This document shows, piece after piece, positions 8,077-17,683 of a DNA stretch of 64,000 nt. The position numbers and the translations under genes are program-made. This DNA is from a virus: the IMG/VR virus record IMGVR_UViG_3300034175_000017, positions 1 through 64,000 of that record; one strand, given 5' to 3'. The stretch's first letter is position 1. Each line of letters begins with the position of its first letter. The notes beneath the pieces are model-generated. The model did no database searches and was not told where the DNA came from. It saw nothing but the letters and a program-made list of their open reading frames with translations.

Positions 8077-8421
8077 ATGAGCACATATTATGACAAGAAC
8101 CGAGAGATTCGCCTCAAGTATTCCAACGAATACTACCTTCGCACCCGTGACACGAGACGCCCCAACCGTCTCCTTACTGAGGCAAAGAAACGAGCCAAGG
8201 CGTCTGGCCTACCCTTTGACCTAACAATAGATGACATCGTGATCCCAACGATGTGCCCGGTCCTAAATAAGCCAATGGTGTCCGCTAGTTTGGATCGCAA
8301 AGACAACGACAAGGGTTACGTCAAAGGGAACGTATTTGTAATTTCTTTGGAAGCCAATCAGAAGAAGCGGGATTCAAGCATTGCTGACCTTGAAGCAATC
8401 CTTGCATATATGAAATCCTAA
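8077..8421 (+). CDS. HNH-type endonuclease
   Basis: AKKRAK..GLPFDL...CPVL...SLDRKDNDKGYVKGNVFVIS..AN, typical of the phage SLDRID-type HNH family. Confidence 0.8.
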   Translation: MSTYYDKNREIRLKYSNEYYLRTRDTRRPNRLLTEAKKRAKASGLPFDLTIDDIVIPTMCPVLNKPMVSASLDRKDNDKGYVKGNVFVISLEANQKKRDSSIADLEAILAYMKS

Positions 8422-8477
8422 CAACCGCTACATCCATGCCCTTGACAACACGCTGCCCCACAGCCATTCAGCATGGC

Positions 8478-8774
8478 ATGACCCAATCCTTCTCCATCTA
8501 CCAAGGTGACACCTTCCTCGCAGACGCCGTGTATCGGACAGCAGAGGGCGTGCCCATTCCCATCACCCCCGGCCTAATCTCAGCATCCCTCAAGACGCGA
8601 GACGACCGGCACATGCCGATCCAAGTCATACTTGGCGAAGCTGTTGGAACCTATCAGTTGAAAGCAGACACAGAGAACTGGCCCCTCGGTCGAAACTTCT
8701 TGGTTGTCCGATATACGTCTGAGGGTATTGTGCGAACCGCCGAAATGGTTCAGGTAAACGTGGAAGATGCGTAA
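8478..8774 (+). CDS. Virion appendage base/adaptor protein (BppU-N-like beta-sandwich, tentative)
   Basis: MTQSFSIYQGDTF...TENWPLG...; first gene of the fibre module. Confidence 0.55.
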   Translation: MTQSFSIYQGDTFLADAVYRTAEGVPIPITPGLISASLKTRDDRHMPIQVILGEAVGTYQLKADTENWPLGRNFLVVRYTSEGIVRTAEMVQVNVEDA

Positions 8775-8989
8775 TGCCAAACGAAACAATTCTAGTTATC
8801 ACCCAACGGGACGCAACCACGCAACTTGACCCCTTGCCAGTGGGGGGTGTATTGACGCTAACACACGAAGGCGGTTTACCCGGCCCTCCGGGGCCACAAG
8901 GACCAATCGGTCCAACTTTGGTAGTCACCGGCACTGAAGTTTTTGACCCCGGAGACCTGTTGGTCTACCTAGAGAATGGAATGAATTGA
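8774..8989 (+). CDS. Short collagen-like virion protein
   Basis: GLPGPPGPQGPIGP (Gly-X-Y). Confidence 0.65.
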   Translation: MPNETILVITQRDATTQLDPLPVGGVLTLTHEGGLPGPPGPQGPIGPTLVVTGTEVFDPGDLLVYLENGMN

Positions 8990-8990
8990 T

Positions 8991-9503
8991 ATGGCTACCC
9001 TTCAGACCCGCCTTCAAGACCTCGCAACTGCGATTGGCACACAGATCAAGACCATCAAGACGACCGAAGGTCAGCTTACCGCGTTGACGACCGATGCGAA
9101 GACCAGCCTTGTCGCCGCGATCAACGAACTTCAGGCAGAGATCAATGCTGCTGTCGCCGCTTCCGGTGCCACCATCAACGACGCTGCTACGGTATCGACC
9201 ACGCAGACTTACTCGATCACGAAGATTCGTGACCTTGTTTCGACCAGCATTGCAGTTCTGACAACCGGCGCTCCTGCCGCGATGGATACGCTGGACGAAC
9301 TGTCGGCTGCTTTGGGTGATGATGCAAACTTCGCAGCCACCATCACGACTGCTCTGGCCAACCGTGTTCGCTTCGACGCCGTTCAGACCTTGACCGCCCC
9401 ACAGAAGGCACAGGCTAAGGCGAACATCGACGCATACGGCTCGCTGGAACTCGGCAACCCCGACACAGACTTGGTGGCCGTCCTTACTACCGCGATGGCG
9501 TAA
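8991..9503 (+). CDS. Fibre/decoration protein
   Basis: LTTDAKTSLVAAINEL, TYSITKI and APAAMDTLDELSAALGDDANFA phage fibre motifs. Confidence 0.8.
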   Translation: MATLQTRLQDLATAIGTQIKTIKTTEGQLTALTTDAKTSLVAAINELQAEINAAVAASGATINDAATVSTTQTYSITKIRDLVSTSIAVLTTGAPAAMDTLDELSAALGDDANFAATITTALANRVRFDAVQTLTAPQKAQAKANIDAYGSLELGNPDTDLVAVLTTAMA

Positions 9504-9506
9504 CAC

Positions 9507-12500
9507 ATGACGCTTCAGGGTCGCCTTGAAGCGTTTGCGACTGCCGTTGGAGCCAAGTTTAAGGCTATAACTCCACGTTTGCAGCCCGCAGGCGGCACAA
9601 TTGGCCAAGTATTGGCCAAAAATAGTGCAACTGACTTCGATTTTGGGTTCATTACACCCGGAACTGTGCGTTCTGTGGTGCTAACTCAGCCGATTTCGGG
9701 CTTTACGATCACCAATTCGGGCGCTTCCCAATCAACCAACGCCTCTTCGACGTTCGCTTTGGCCGACGATTTGGCTGCTGTTGAGGGTCTTTCGACCCTT
9801 GGTTTCGTCAAGCGCAGTGCCACAAACACTTGGACAACGCAGTCGGCTATCGCTTTGGGCGACCTTGGGACCATCCCCGCCCTCACAATCCTTGGTAACA
9901 TAGGTGGAAGTGCCGCTTCTCCTGCTGCGCTGACTCCAACTGAGGTCACTTCGCTGCTCGATATCTTCACGGCGGGCAAGAAGGGCCTTGTTCCACCCGC
10001 ACCTGCTGTTCCTTCGGGTCTGTTTCTGACCGACTACGGGACTTGGGTCGCTGCGCCCACTGGATCGGGCGGTCCTTCCACTCCAAGCGAGCCGACCTCT
10101 GCTCCTCAGCCGATTGAGTGGGTTCCTGTAACTGCAATAGGGACGGGATCACCACAAACGATCAACCTGACCGCAGCCCTTGCTGCTGACCAAATCTTTG
10201 TCTATGTCCAAGGTCTTCTTCTCGACCCGACCACCGAATACACGGTGAGTGGGGCTGTTCTAACGCTGACTGCGGGCCTTGGTGATATGATTACAGTTCG
10301 GTATCTTAGCTCTACCGCACCTGTTGTGAGCAACGACACGACGCCGAATGCGTTCTCCTTTACTGATGCACCCGGTGTAGCTCTTGGTGCCGTCCAGACT
10401 TCCAACACGATCACTGTTGCTGGTCTTGGTATTGGCATCCCAACTGCTGTGAACATCAGCAACGGCACCTATTCTAAGAATGGTGGCACCTATACCAACG
10501 CTTCGACTTCGGCTGTGAACGGCGACACCTTCTCGGTGCGTCACACGTCATCCGCGCAGAACAGCACGGCGGTCAACACGATCCTCACTATTGGTGGTGT
10601 CAGCGATACGTTCACCTCGACCACCTCTGCGGCTGCTGTGGATGCCACCCCGAACCAGTTTGCGTTCACTGATGTGACCAACGTGGTCGCTAGTTCTGTG
10701 CAGACCTCGAATACTATCACGATCAGCGGCATGACGGCTGGTGCAAGTGCGGCAGTCACGATCACCAACGGCACCTACTCCAAGAACGGTGGAGCCTACA
10801 CTGGTGCTGCTGGAACTGCCTCTGTTGGTGACACCTTCTCGGTGCGTCACACTGCTTCTGCGGCAGGCACGGCCAACACTGACACGACGCTGACCATCGG
10901 CGGTATCAGCGACACTTTTACCTCGACCACTGCTGCTGCTGCACAGGCTGGTGTCCCCGGCATCATCATGAGCAGCGACGTGGAAATGGATCACGACGAC
11001 CTTGCAATGTTTGGTGTCTGCGTTGGCATGCACCAGCGCAATCAGGTCAACATCCTTGCATGGGTCGCTGACTGTCGCGTTCCTACCGGGTCGGCTGCGC
11101 TTCGCGGCGTTCTCAACTATTCCGGCCTGAACCACATCCCTGTTGGGCAGTGGAAGGGCAATACGGGCGGCACCGGCACGACGTGGGCGAATGAAGTCGC
11201 TACGATGACCGGCACTGGCGATCTTCGCATGGCCGACTTCCCTGATGCTGTTGCTGTGACTCGCACGGCCATCATTAACGCGCCAACCAACAACAACATC
11301 ATCATTTCGGGCGGTTCGGCCAGTGTTATCGCTGGTTTCTTGCAGACCCCCGGCGATGCTGCCGATCCTCGCACCGGCCTTCAGCTTGCAATCGACAAGG
11401 TTACTCGCATTGGCTACATGGGCGGCGAGATGGGCACGACCACCAACGAGTATAACTACGGTCACGATATGGCTGCTGCTGAGTATATGCTCAACAACTG
11501 CCCTGTGCCTCTCTTCTTGGTCAGCGGTTCCGAGACCGGCAACATCGTTTCGGGTCCTGCTCAAAGCCAAGACCCCGCGCTCGACCCATATCGTGCAGGC
11601 TTCTTGGCCACGAAGGTCAATCCGGGCGGCGCGTTTATGACCGCTACCGACAAGCGTGCGTCGTATGACCCGACTACGCTGCATTACGCGGTGGTGGGCA
11701 ACTCCACTGGTGCATATGCGTATGTGCGAGGCACGCAGGCCCGCAACCCCGGCACCAACGGTGGTATCTGGACGCCTAGCCCAACTGGTCCTCACTATCA
11801 CCTCGACGTGGTGGCTTCGCTCGCCTCTGTGGGCGCTGTGCTGGATGATCTAATCGCGGAAGCCTACGTTGCACCCTACGTCTTGCCTGCCCCAACTGGT
11901 TTGGTAGCGACTGACGTTCAGAGCACTTCGTTCAAGATCAACATGGCCGAGCTTTCGGGTGCCACGTCCTACGAGTCGTCGGTGAACGGCGGCGCTTGGA
12001 CTGCATTGCCTCGTTCGCGCCTCATCGGTGGCCTTCAGCCTTCGACTGCCAACACAATTAAGCTGCGCGGCATCCGCCCCGGTGCAGTTGGCACGGCCAG
12101 TGCGGACATCACTGTGACGACCACTGCTGCTGCTGCTTTGTGGTCGCCTGATGAGTTGCTCGCGTCCAAGAAGATTGCTCGCTACCGGATGGAAGCTGAT
12201 GCGGCCACCATCGCAGGCGGCACGGCCTCACAGGTCAATGACTTGTGGGGAACTCGTCACATGTTGCAGGCAAACACGGCTTTGCAGCCTGTTGCCACGA
12301 ACACCGCATTCAACGGTGAAGCTCCGGGCTTCTCGGCCAGCAGTGACGAGATGGTTGCAGCCAACGCCTTGATGGGCCTGACCAACAACGTGTTCGTCTT
12401 CATATTGCTGCGTTACAAGGGCGGCAACACCAACGATGGTCGCGTGGTCTCAATGGCTCGCGCTGGCAGCGCAGACTGGGATAACGGCATCATTCCAATG

Positions 12501-12905
12501 TCGATCCGCGCAAACGGTACTTGGTGGGGTTCGTTCTTCGGAGCCAGTTCTGCTGACGGCACCACGCCTCAGACGCCTATTATCGTTTCCTCGTATCTCG
12601 ACAACCTCACCGTCGCCAAGCGCGTCAATGGGTTGCAGATCAGCACGGCCACTGTAACCGCTCGCAATCTGGCGAACACCGCTCGTCTCGGCATCTTCGA
12701 CAACGTGCAGGACGTGGGCACGCAAGAGCCTGCACAGGTCGAGATGGCGGAACTCATCATCTGCAAGGACCTGACGATAGCCGAGGTCGAGAAAATCGAG
12801 GGCTACCTTGCATGGCGTTCGCGTGGCACTGGCAACATCAAGTATAACTCGTTGCTCAACGTCAACCATCCTTACAAGGTGGCCTATCCGCCTGCCGGGT
12901 CTTAA
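9507..12905 (+). CDS. Multidomain fibre protein: fibre N-terminus, 2 Ig-like repeats, nucleoside-hydrolase-fold domain, FN3, LamG-like C-terminus
   Basis: GGTIGQVLAK fibre motif; two ~100-aa repeats; IIMSSDVEMDHDD...PDAV...MGG...EYN...ASYD hydrolase motifs; PAPTGL..Y..GLQPSTAN FN3; C-terminal AELII...KIEGYLAWR. Confidence 0.8.
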   Translation: MTLQGRLEAFATAVGAKFKAITPRLQPAGGTIGQVLAKNSATDFDFGFITPGTVRSVVLTQPISGFTITNSGASQSTNASSTFALADDLAAVEGLSTLGFVKRSATNTWTTQSAIALGDLGTIPALTILGNIGGSAASPAALTPTEVTSLLDIFTAGKKGLVPPAPAVPSGLFLTDYGTWVAAPTGSGGPSTPSEPTSAPQPIEWVPVTAIGTGSPQTINLTAALAADQIFVYVQGLLLDPTTEYTVSGAVLTLTAGLGDMITVRYLSSTAPVVSNDTTPNAFSFTDAPGVALGAVQTSNTITVAGLGIGIPTAVNISNGTYSKNGGTYTNASTSAVNGDTFSVRHTSSAQNSTAVNTILTIGGVSDTFTSTTSAAAVDATPNQFAFTDVTNVVASSVQTSNTITISGMTAGASAAVTITNGTYSKNGGAYTGAAGTASVGDTFSVRHTASAAGTANTDTTLTIGGISDTFTSTTAAAAQAGVPGIIMSSDVEMDHDDLAMFGVCVGMHQRNQVNILAWVADCRVPTGSAALRGVLNYSGLNHIPVGQWKGNTGGTGTTWANEVATMTGTGDLRMADFPDAVAVTRTAIINAPTNNNIIISGGSASVIAGFLQTPGDAADPRTGLQLAIDKVTRIGYMGGEMGTTTNEYNYGHDMAAAEYMLNNCPVPLFLVSGSETGNIVSGPAQSQDPALDPYRAGFLATKVNPGGAFMTATDKRASYDPTTLHYAVVGNSTGAYAYVRGTQARNPGTNGGIWTPSPTGPHYHLDVVASLASVGAVLDDLIAEAYVAPYVLPAPTGLVATDVQSTSFKINMAELSGATSYESSVNGGAWTALPRSRLIGGLQPSTANTIKLRGIRPGAVGTASADITVTTTAAAALWSPDELLASKKIARYRMEADAATIAGGTASQVNDLWGTRHMLQANTALQPVATNTAFNGEAPGFSASSDEMVAANALMGLTNNVFVFILLRYKGGNTNDGRVVSMARAGSADWDNGIIPMSIRANGTWWGSFFGASSADGTTPQTPIIVSSYLDNLTVAKRVNGLQISTATVTARNLANTARLGIFDNVQDVGTQEPAQVEMAELIICKDLTIAEVEKIEGYLAWRSRGTGNIKYNSLLNVNHPYKVAYPPAGS
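10335..10932 (+). repeat. Two tandem ~100-aa Ig-like repeats inside the fibre gene
   Basis: DTTPNAFSFTD...GTYSKNGG...GDTFSVRHT...TIGGVSDTFTSTT, repeated at about 10335 and 10641. Confidence 0.85.
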
Positions 12906-12908
12906 TCC

Positions 12909-14192
12909 ATGAACATTAAGCCGTATCAGATTACGATGAGCGTAGGTGGTGTGCTTGGTCAAACAGCAGCCGGAAATGCACGCCCTCTCACGGCGGCTGA
13001 ACTGACAAACTTCTCGAACACGTTCACGACCACGCTTAAGGGCCTCGTCCCTGCACCGGGCACGTCTACCGGCATGGTGCTCTACGACAATGGAACTTGG
13101 GGTGGCCTGCCTGCTCTTGCGAACGACAGCGTTACCAATCTCAAGCTGGCACAGATGCCCACGCTGACGTTGAAGGGCAATGCCACTGGTGCTCTTGCAA
13201 ATGCGAGCGATCTTACCGTTGCTCAAGTCAATGCGATCCTTCCTGTGTTCACGCAAACGCTCCGTGGTCTTGTCCCACCACCCGGCACAGTAACCGGCAA
13301 GGTGCTGTCAGATAACGGCACTTGGATCACGCCTTCGGGCGGCGGTGGATCGACTGATCCTCTCTGGCTTCCGACTGAATACGTCACTACCAACCCGGCT
13401 AACCCTGCCAGCGGTGTCGTCCTATTTGCCCTCAAGCGTGGCAATCGACGTATCCCCGGATGGGAAGGCACCGATGGTCGTGTTCAGCGCGTGCAGGCGG
13501 CAATAGGCGGTAACAACGTCTATTGGGATCGTGCGACGTGGGGCGCTGCTACCACTTCGGCTATCGGTGTCGGCTGGACCGGCACCCTCACACTCGTAGC
13601 TGGCCCTACCAGCGGCTACCTGAACTCGCTGCCTCGCGGCACGATGACGATTGCCACTGCTGCTGGTATGCTTGATCGACGGACGGCTGTGAACTTCCTG
13701 AACCGTGAAGCGATTTGGGGCGGCTATCATGTGCATATGCGCTTTGGCACTCCTGCTTTGCCAACTGATGCTAAGGTGTTCTTTGGTCTATCGGGCACTG
13801 CTGCTGGCACGGCTTTCACGAACGTCAATCCTTCAACCTTCCTGAATATCTTTGGTGTCGGCAAGGATCAGACGGACACTGCGCTTTCGGTATTCTCGAA
13901 TGACGGCACAGGTGCGGCGACCAAGACGGCTTTGCCTAACACTGGCTCGTTGACCAACATCGCCAATGCCACCTTTCAAGTCGATATTTACACTGTGCCG
14001 GGGGGCGTGGACATTGGTATTCGTGTGCAACGCTACAACAACGCCGATGGCGCGACGACTGTGGACGAGCTTGTGATTGCTACTGACCTTCCAGTAGCGG
14101 CTACCTATAAAGGCGTTCGCTACTGGATGGCCAATACAACGGCGGTGACGCTCACTTTCGCTTACATCCACACCTACATCGAGACGGACTAA
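12909..14192 (+). CDS. Second fibre / receptor-binding protein
   Basis: Repeats FTTTLKGLVPAPG...DNGTW shared with the 9507 gene; SVTNLKLA fibre motif; beta-rich C-terminus. Confidence 0.75.
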   Translation: MNIKPYQITMSVGGVLGQTAAGNARPLTAAELTNFSNTFTTTLKGLVPAPGTSTGMVLYDNGTWGGLPALANDSVTNLKLAQMPTLTLKGNATGALANASDLTVAQVNAILPVFTQTLRGLVPPPGTVTGKVLSDNGTWITPSGGGGSTDPLWLPTEYVTTNPANPASGVVLFALKRGNRRIPGWEGTDGRVQRVQAAIGGNNVYWDRATWGAATTSAIGVGWTGTLTLVAGPTSGYLNSLPRGTMTIATAAGMLDRRTAVNFLNREAIWGGYHVHMRFGTPALPTDAKVFFGLSGTAAGTAFTNVNPSTFLNIFGVGKDQTDTALSVFSNDGTGAATKTALPNTGSLTNIANATFQVDIYTVPGGVDIGIRVQRYNNADGATTVDELVIATDLPVAATYKGVRYWMANTTAVTLTFAYIHTYIETD

Positions 14193-16675
14193 CTGCCGAA
14201 CGTTGGCTTCTGCGGCAGGAACGCGTTGCTTAAGATCAGCCCGCTAATCTCTTCGCGCTGGATGCCGACACCATCCTGATACGGCACGACAGGGTAGCCC
14301 AACTCTTCGACCATCTGCCGGAACCGCTCGTAGGTCACAGACCAACCCTTCGAGATTTCCTTCATGTAGTAGACGTAGTGATCGAATACGTTGCGAAGGT
14401 CAGCCGTGTCAGTTGGCTTGCCGGGGCGAACCTTGTCACTCGACTGCAAGAATGCTGCAACGCTGTTGTTCGCACGAACGACCTGATTGAGGCGCATCTT
14501 GTGCGACTCTGGCAGGGTGTATTCGTTCTGCGTCTGTAGGCGACGAAGCCCTTGCACAGCCCAAGCAGCGATGGCCTCACGCTCTTCTGCGACCAACACC
14601 TTGAAGTAGTCCACGACACGCTCCGAGTCAGGCACCACGCGGTCGAAGTCGAAGATCAACCAGCGACGGGCGAAACCACCTGACGTATCACGCGAGCGCG
14701 GCAAGTGGTTCGACGCGAACCAGTGTGCGGCAATCGGCTTGAACTCAAAGCCATCACGCCCCTTGAACTCGGTAGGCACTTCCTCGCCGCCGACGATCAT
14801 CTTGAACTTATCGCCTGCGATGACTGCTTCCTCTGGCAACTCGCCGCATAGGTTTAGTGTCTTGCCCACCAGCGCGGAAAGCTGGAAGCGTTCGTTCCAC
14901 AATCCCGGTGGCAGGGACGTGCGGCTGTCCTCAGGCATGATCGCCCGCAAGACTTCCATTGCCTGCGACTTGCCGGTGCGTGGCTTGCCATGCAGCAGGA
15001 ACGCACGCTGGTAGCGAGACGCGATGCCGAACAGCGTGGCGGCGAATGCCTCTTGGAGGGCCATTACGCGCTCGTTGTAGTCAGGCTCGTCACCCCATGC
15101 TTGCTCAAGGAACTCCAACCACTTGTGCGCTTCAGTAGCGCGTTCAGGGATGTAGTTGAACGGCATGGTGAACGTCTTACCATACTTGGGCGAGTGGTCA
15201 TGCAGGGTTAGGCTTGAGTCGAGGAACCCGTTAGCGAAGTTCACGCCTTCCTCAAGCTCCGTGGCAAGGTTGCCGCGAACCATGTTCTCAATGGTCTTCG
15301 TCACCGCCTCGTAGTCGTTGTGCCGACGAACGAGAACATTACCTTTCACGGTCTTGGCGACCATCATGTAAATGTCCTTGCGGTCGATGGCCTTGAAGTG
15401 AGCGCCGTTCCACTGCCAGAACTGACCCTGCGAGTGGATGATGTCACCACCTCGATTGATCTCTTCCACGACCTGACGTGCCACCTCTTCGTGGTCGCCT
15501 GCCTGCTCGTTGTCGTCCCGACGCGCAGCCTTGAACTCGGCCTTCAAGTCAGGACGCGACAGATCAAGACCCTCGCCGGATAGACGCTGGATGTTCTTGA
15601 TGAGCGTGTTGAACTCGAACTCCGAGAAGTTCTCGTCCTTGGCGACTTCGGAAATGAGGGTCTGAATGACCTTCATCCGATACTTGGGATCGTCGTTGGT
15701 GTCCTTGGCGATGTTCTCTTCAAGGTAGTCCCGCGCCCGCGTGATATCCCACTTCTGCTTGTTGTTCTTCTCGATCATCGCGGCAATGCCGGGGTGAGCA
15801 AGGTCAGCTTCGGTGAGACCCACGTCCCAATCGTTCGGCAGGGTCTTGCCTGCCTCAACGTCCTTGAGCAGGAACTCGATCAGCTTGCCGACGCCTTTCG
15901 ACGGGTCCATGTCGTCGCCCGACTTGTTCGCCGTGTAGGTTTCCACCCATGAAGCCATCTGCTGCATCGCGTCGGCCAACGGGAAGCGAAGGTTCTTGTC
16001 GATCCCAAGGACCACGCGTGCGAGGTAGCCAGCGTGACGAACCATCTGAATGTCGCGCTCGCCCTGTGGCACCACGTCCAGCGGGCCGGAACGACCACTC
16101 TGTGCAAGGCTGACACCCTTGAGACCAAGCGCATCGCGCAAGATTTTCTCAATGTCCATCGGCATGACGGGGATTTTGTCGAGCACGTCCCACAGATTGA
16201 CGTTCGACGTGTAGGGTTTCTTCGTGTCAGGGTGGATCGAAGGCGGCATGACCATTTGGTTTCCCTTGCCGAGGAACTCGACAATGGACTGGTTCTCGCT
16301 GTCACGCAGCTTGAAGTTGGGTTGACCCTGCCACTTGAAGATCAGGCCCATGCCCTTCTTGCCGATACGCACCCAAGGGGACGTTGGCAGGGCATCACGA
16401 ATGGTCTTCACCATATCCTGATCTTCGGTGTCGATGTCGATGGCACACAGGCCAGATGCAGGACCGAATGGCAGACCGATGTTGGACTGTGGGTATGTCA
16501 CCAGCCAGTGTCCGCGCACTGCCTCGCTTGGCATCACGTCACCGTATTGGGTCCACTCGTTGAGGATCGGTGCCTTGCCTGCACCCTTGCTGGTGCTGTC
16601 AAATCGCTTGAGCGGGATTACAGGAATCCCGGCGTCCCAATAGAGGGCCGCGTTGTCTTGAAAAATATTGGACAT
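14189..16675 (-). CDS. Primase-helicase (Prim-Pol N-terminal domain + D5/P4-type SF3 helicase)
   Basis: VIPL..KAP...NIGL...CAIDID primase-polymerase motifs; Walker A HGKPRTGKS, LNLCGE, FASNHLP, GFARRWLIFDF. Confidence 0.92.
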   Translation of the reverse strand: MSNIFQDNAALYWDAGIPVIPLKRFDSTSKGAGKAPILNEWTQYGDVMPSEAVRGHWLVTYPQSNIGLPFGPASGLCAIDIDTEDQDMVKTIRDALPTSPWVRIGKKGMGLIFKWQGQPNFKLRDSENQSIVEFLGKGNQMVMPPSIHPDTKKPYTSNVNLWDVLDKIPVMPMDIEKILRDALGLKGVSLAQSGRSGPLDVVPQGERDIQMVRHAGYLARVVLGIDKNLRFPLADAMQQMASWVETYTANKSGDDMDPSKGVGKLIEFLLKDVEAGKTLPNDWDVGLTEADLAHPGIAAMIEKNNKQKWDITRARDYLEENIAKDTNDDPKYRMKVIQTLISEVAKDENFSEFEFNTLIKNIQRLSGEGLDLSRPDLKAEFKAARRDDNEQAGDHEEVARQVVEEINRGGDIIHSQGQFWQWNGAHFKAIDRKDIYMMVAKTVKGNVLVRRHNDYEAVTKTIENMVRGNLATELEEGVNFANGFLDSSLTLHDHSPKYGKTFTMPFNYIPERATEAHKWLEFLEQAWGDEPDYNERVMALQEAFAATLFGIASRYQRAFLLHGKPRTGKSQAMEVLRAIMPEDSRTSLPPGLWNERFQLSALVGKTLNLCGELPEEAVIAGDKFKMIVGGEEVPTEFKGRDGFEFKPIAAHWFASNHLPRSRDTSGGFARRWLIFDFDRVVPDSERVVDYFKVLVAEEREAIAAWAVQGLRRLQTQNEYTLPESHKMRLNQVVRANNSVAAFLQSSDKVRPGKPTDTADLRNVFDHYVYYMKEISKGWSVTYERFRQMVEELGYPVVPYQDGVGIQREEISGLILSNAFLPQKPTFGS

Positions 16676-16687
16676 GTATTGCTCCGG

Positions 16688-17062
16688 TTAGATATCGAGT
16701 TCGCGGCGATCAACGCCAATCACAGACTTCTTGCGAGAAATACGGCTGTGAAGAAAACCAATGTCGTGGGTAATCATAGTCAGTGGCTTGCCATCATAAA
16801 TGTCGCTGCGGATATTGTCGATCAGCAGTTCAGCCACCTTGTCGCCGGGTTCAACGTCGTCATACTCTCGCAGCGTTTGCAGAAAGCTACGACGCATCTT
16901 GCGATCCACGAACTTGAGCATGACGGCCACGATGAAACAGCCAATCGCCATGCAGGCGAGGATGATGCTCGGCCATATGGTGTGAAAGGCGTTGTAGCTG
17001 AAGAAGGAGAACGTCGTGTTGGCGATGCCAAGGGTAGAGTAGAACTGTATCATCTTCTTCAT
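16688..17062 (-). CDS. Membrane protein
   Basis: Hydrophobic N-terminal half; overlaps the upstream stop. Confidence 0.6.
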   Translation of the reverse strand: MKKMIQFYSTLGIANTTFSFFSYNAFHTIWPSIILACMAIGCFIVAVMLKFVDRKMRRSFLQTLREYDDVEPGDKVAELLIDNIRSDIYDGKPLTMITHDIGFLHSRISRKKSVIGVDRRELDI

Positions 17063-17562
17063 CGGTAGGGTTCCAATTTGCGGAGGAAAATCTCGCGGTC
17101 CTTTTCACTGCCTACGTCGGCAACGATGCCGATGACGACTTCCATGAACTCTTCCATGCGTTGCGCTGTCGTATTCCGTTCTCGCATCTTTAGCAACTGA
17201 TCGACCAAATTGGCTTTCGTCTTCGTGATTGCAAGGCGGTCGCGGGTCTCAAGACCCTCGCCGGTTCCCATTTCGTTGAGGGCTGTCATCAGGTCGCGGA
17301 TTTCGGTGGTCAGCTTCTGCTGGTCCTCTTCCGAAAGCTTGATGTCCTTCGACGGACGCCCTCGACCAACCTTGGCCTCGACTTGGACTTCCTTTTCGAC
17401 TACCACTTCCTTGATTTCGGGGGCCAGCAGCTTCTTCAAAAGGTCAACGACCTCCTTGTCATACGGACATTCAGGTGCATCGAGCATTGCAAGATTGTCC
17501 TTGAGGGTGTTAAGCCCTGTAAGGACGGCGAGTCGGAGTTGGGGGTAAACTATCATGGACAC
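17059..17562 (-). CDS. Candidate terminase small subunit
   Basis: Helical protein with GRGRPSK DNA-binding motif and coiled coil; divergent neighbour of the large terminase. Confidence 0.4.
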   Translation of the reverse strand: MSMIVYPQLRLAVLTGLNTLKDNLAMLDAPECPYDKEVVDLLKKLLAPEIKEVVVEKEVQVEAKVGRGRPSKDIKLSEEDQQKLTTEIRDLMTALNEMGTGEGLETRDRLAITKTKANLVDQLLKMRERNTTAQRMEEFMEVVIGIVADVGSEKDREIFLRKLEPYR

Positions 17563-17629
17563 CTTCTCTCTCTTATTCTCTCATAACGCAAACTGTTTTT
17601 TGGATAATAATAAGTAATATAGAGAAAAC

Positions 17630-17653
17630 TAGGTTGTAGAGCAACCATTGCCA
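17630..17653 (+). promoter_or_regulatory. Putative late promoter (GGTTG-N5-CAACC then TTGCCA) for terminase
   Basis: Motif shared with 21364, 27746, 28675 and 31857. Confidence 0.5.
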
Positions 17654-17683
17654 TCCCTTTCAATCTCGGTCACAGAGGCCCCC

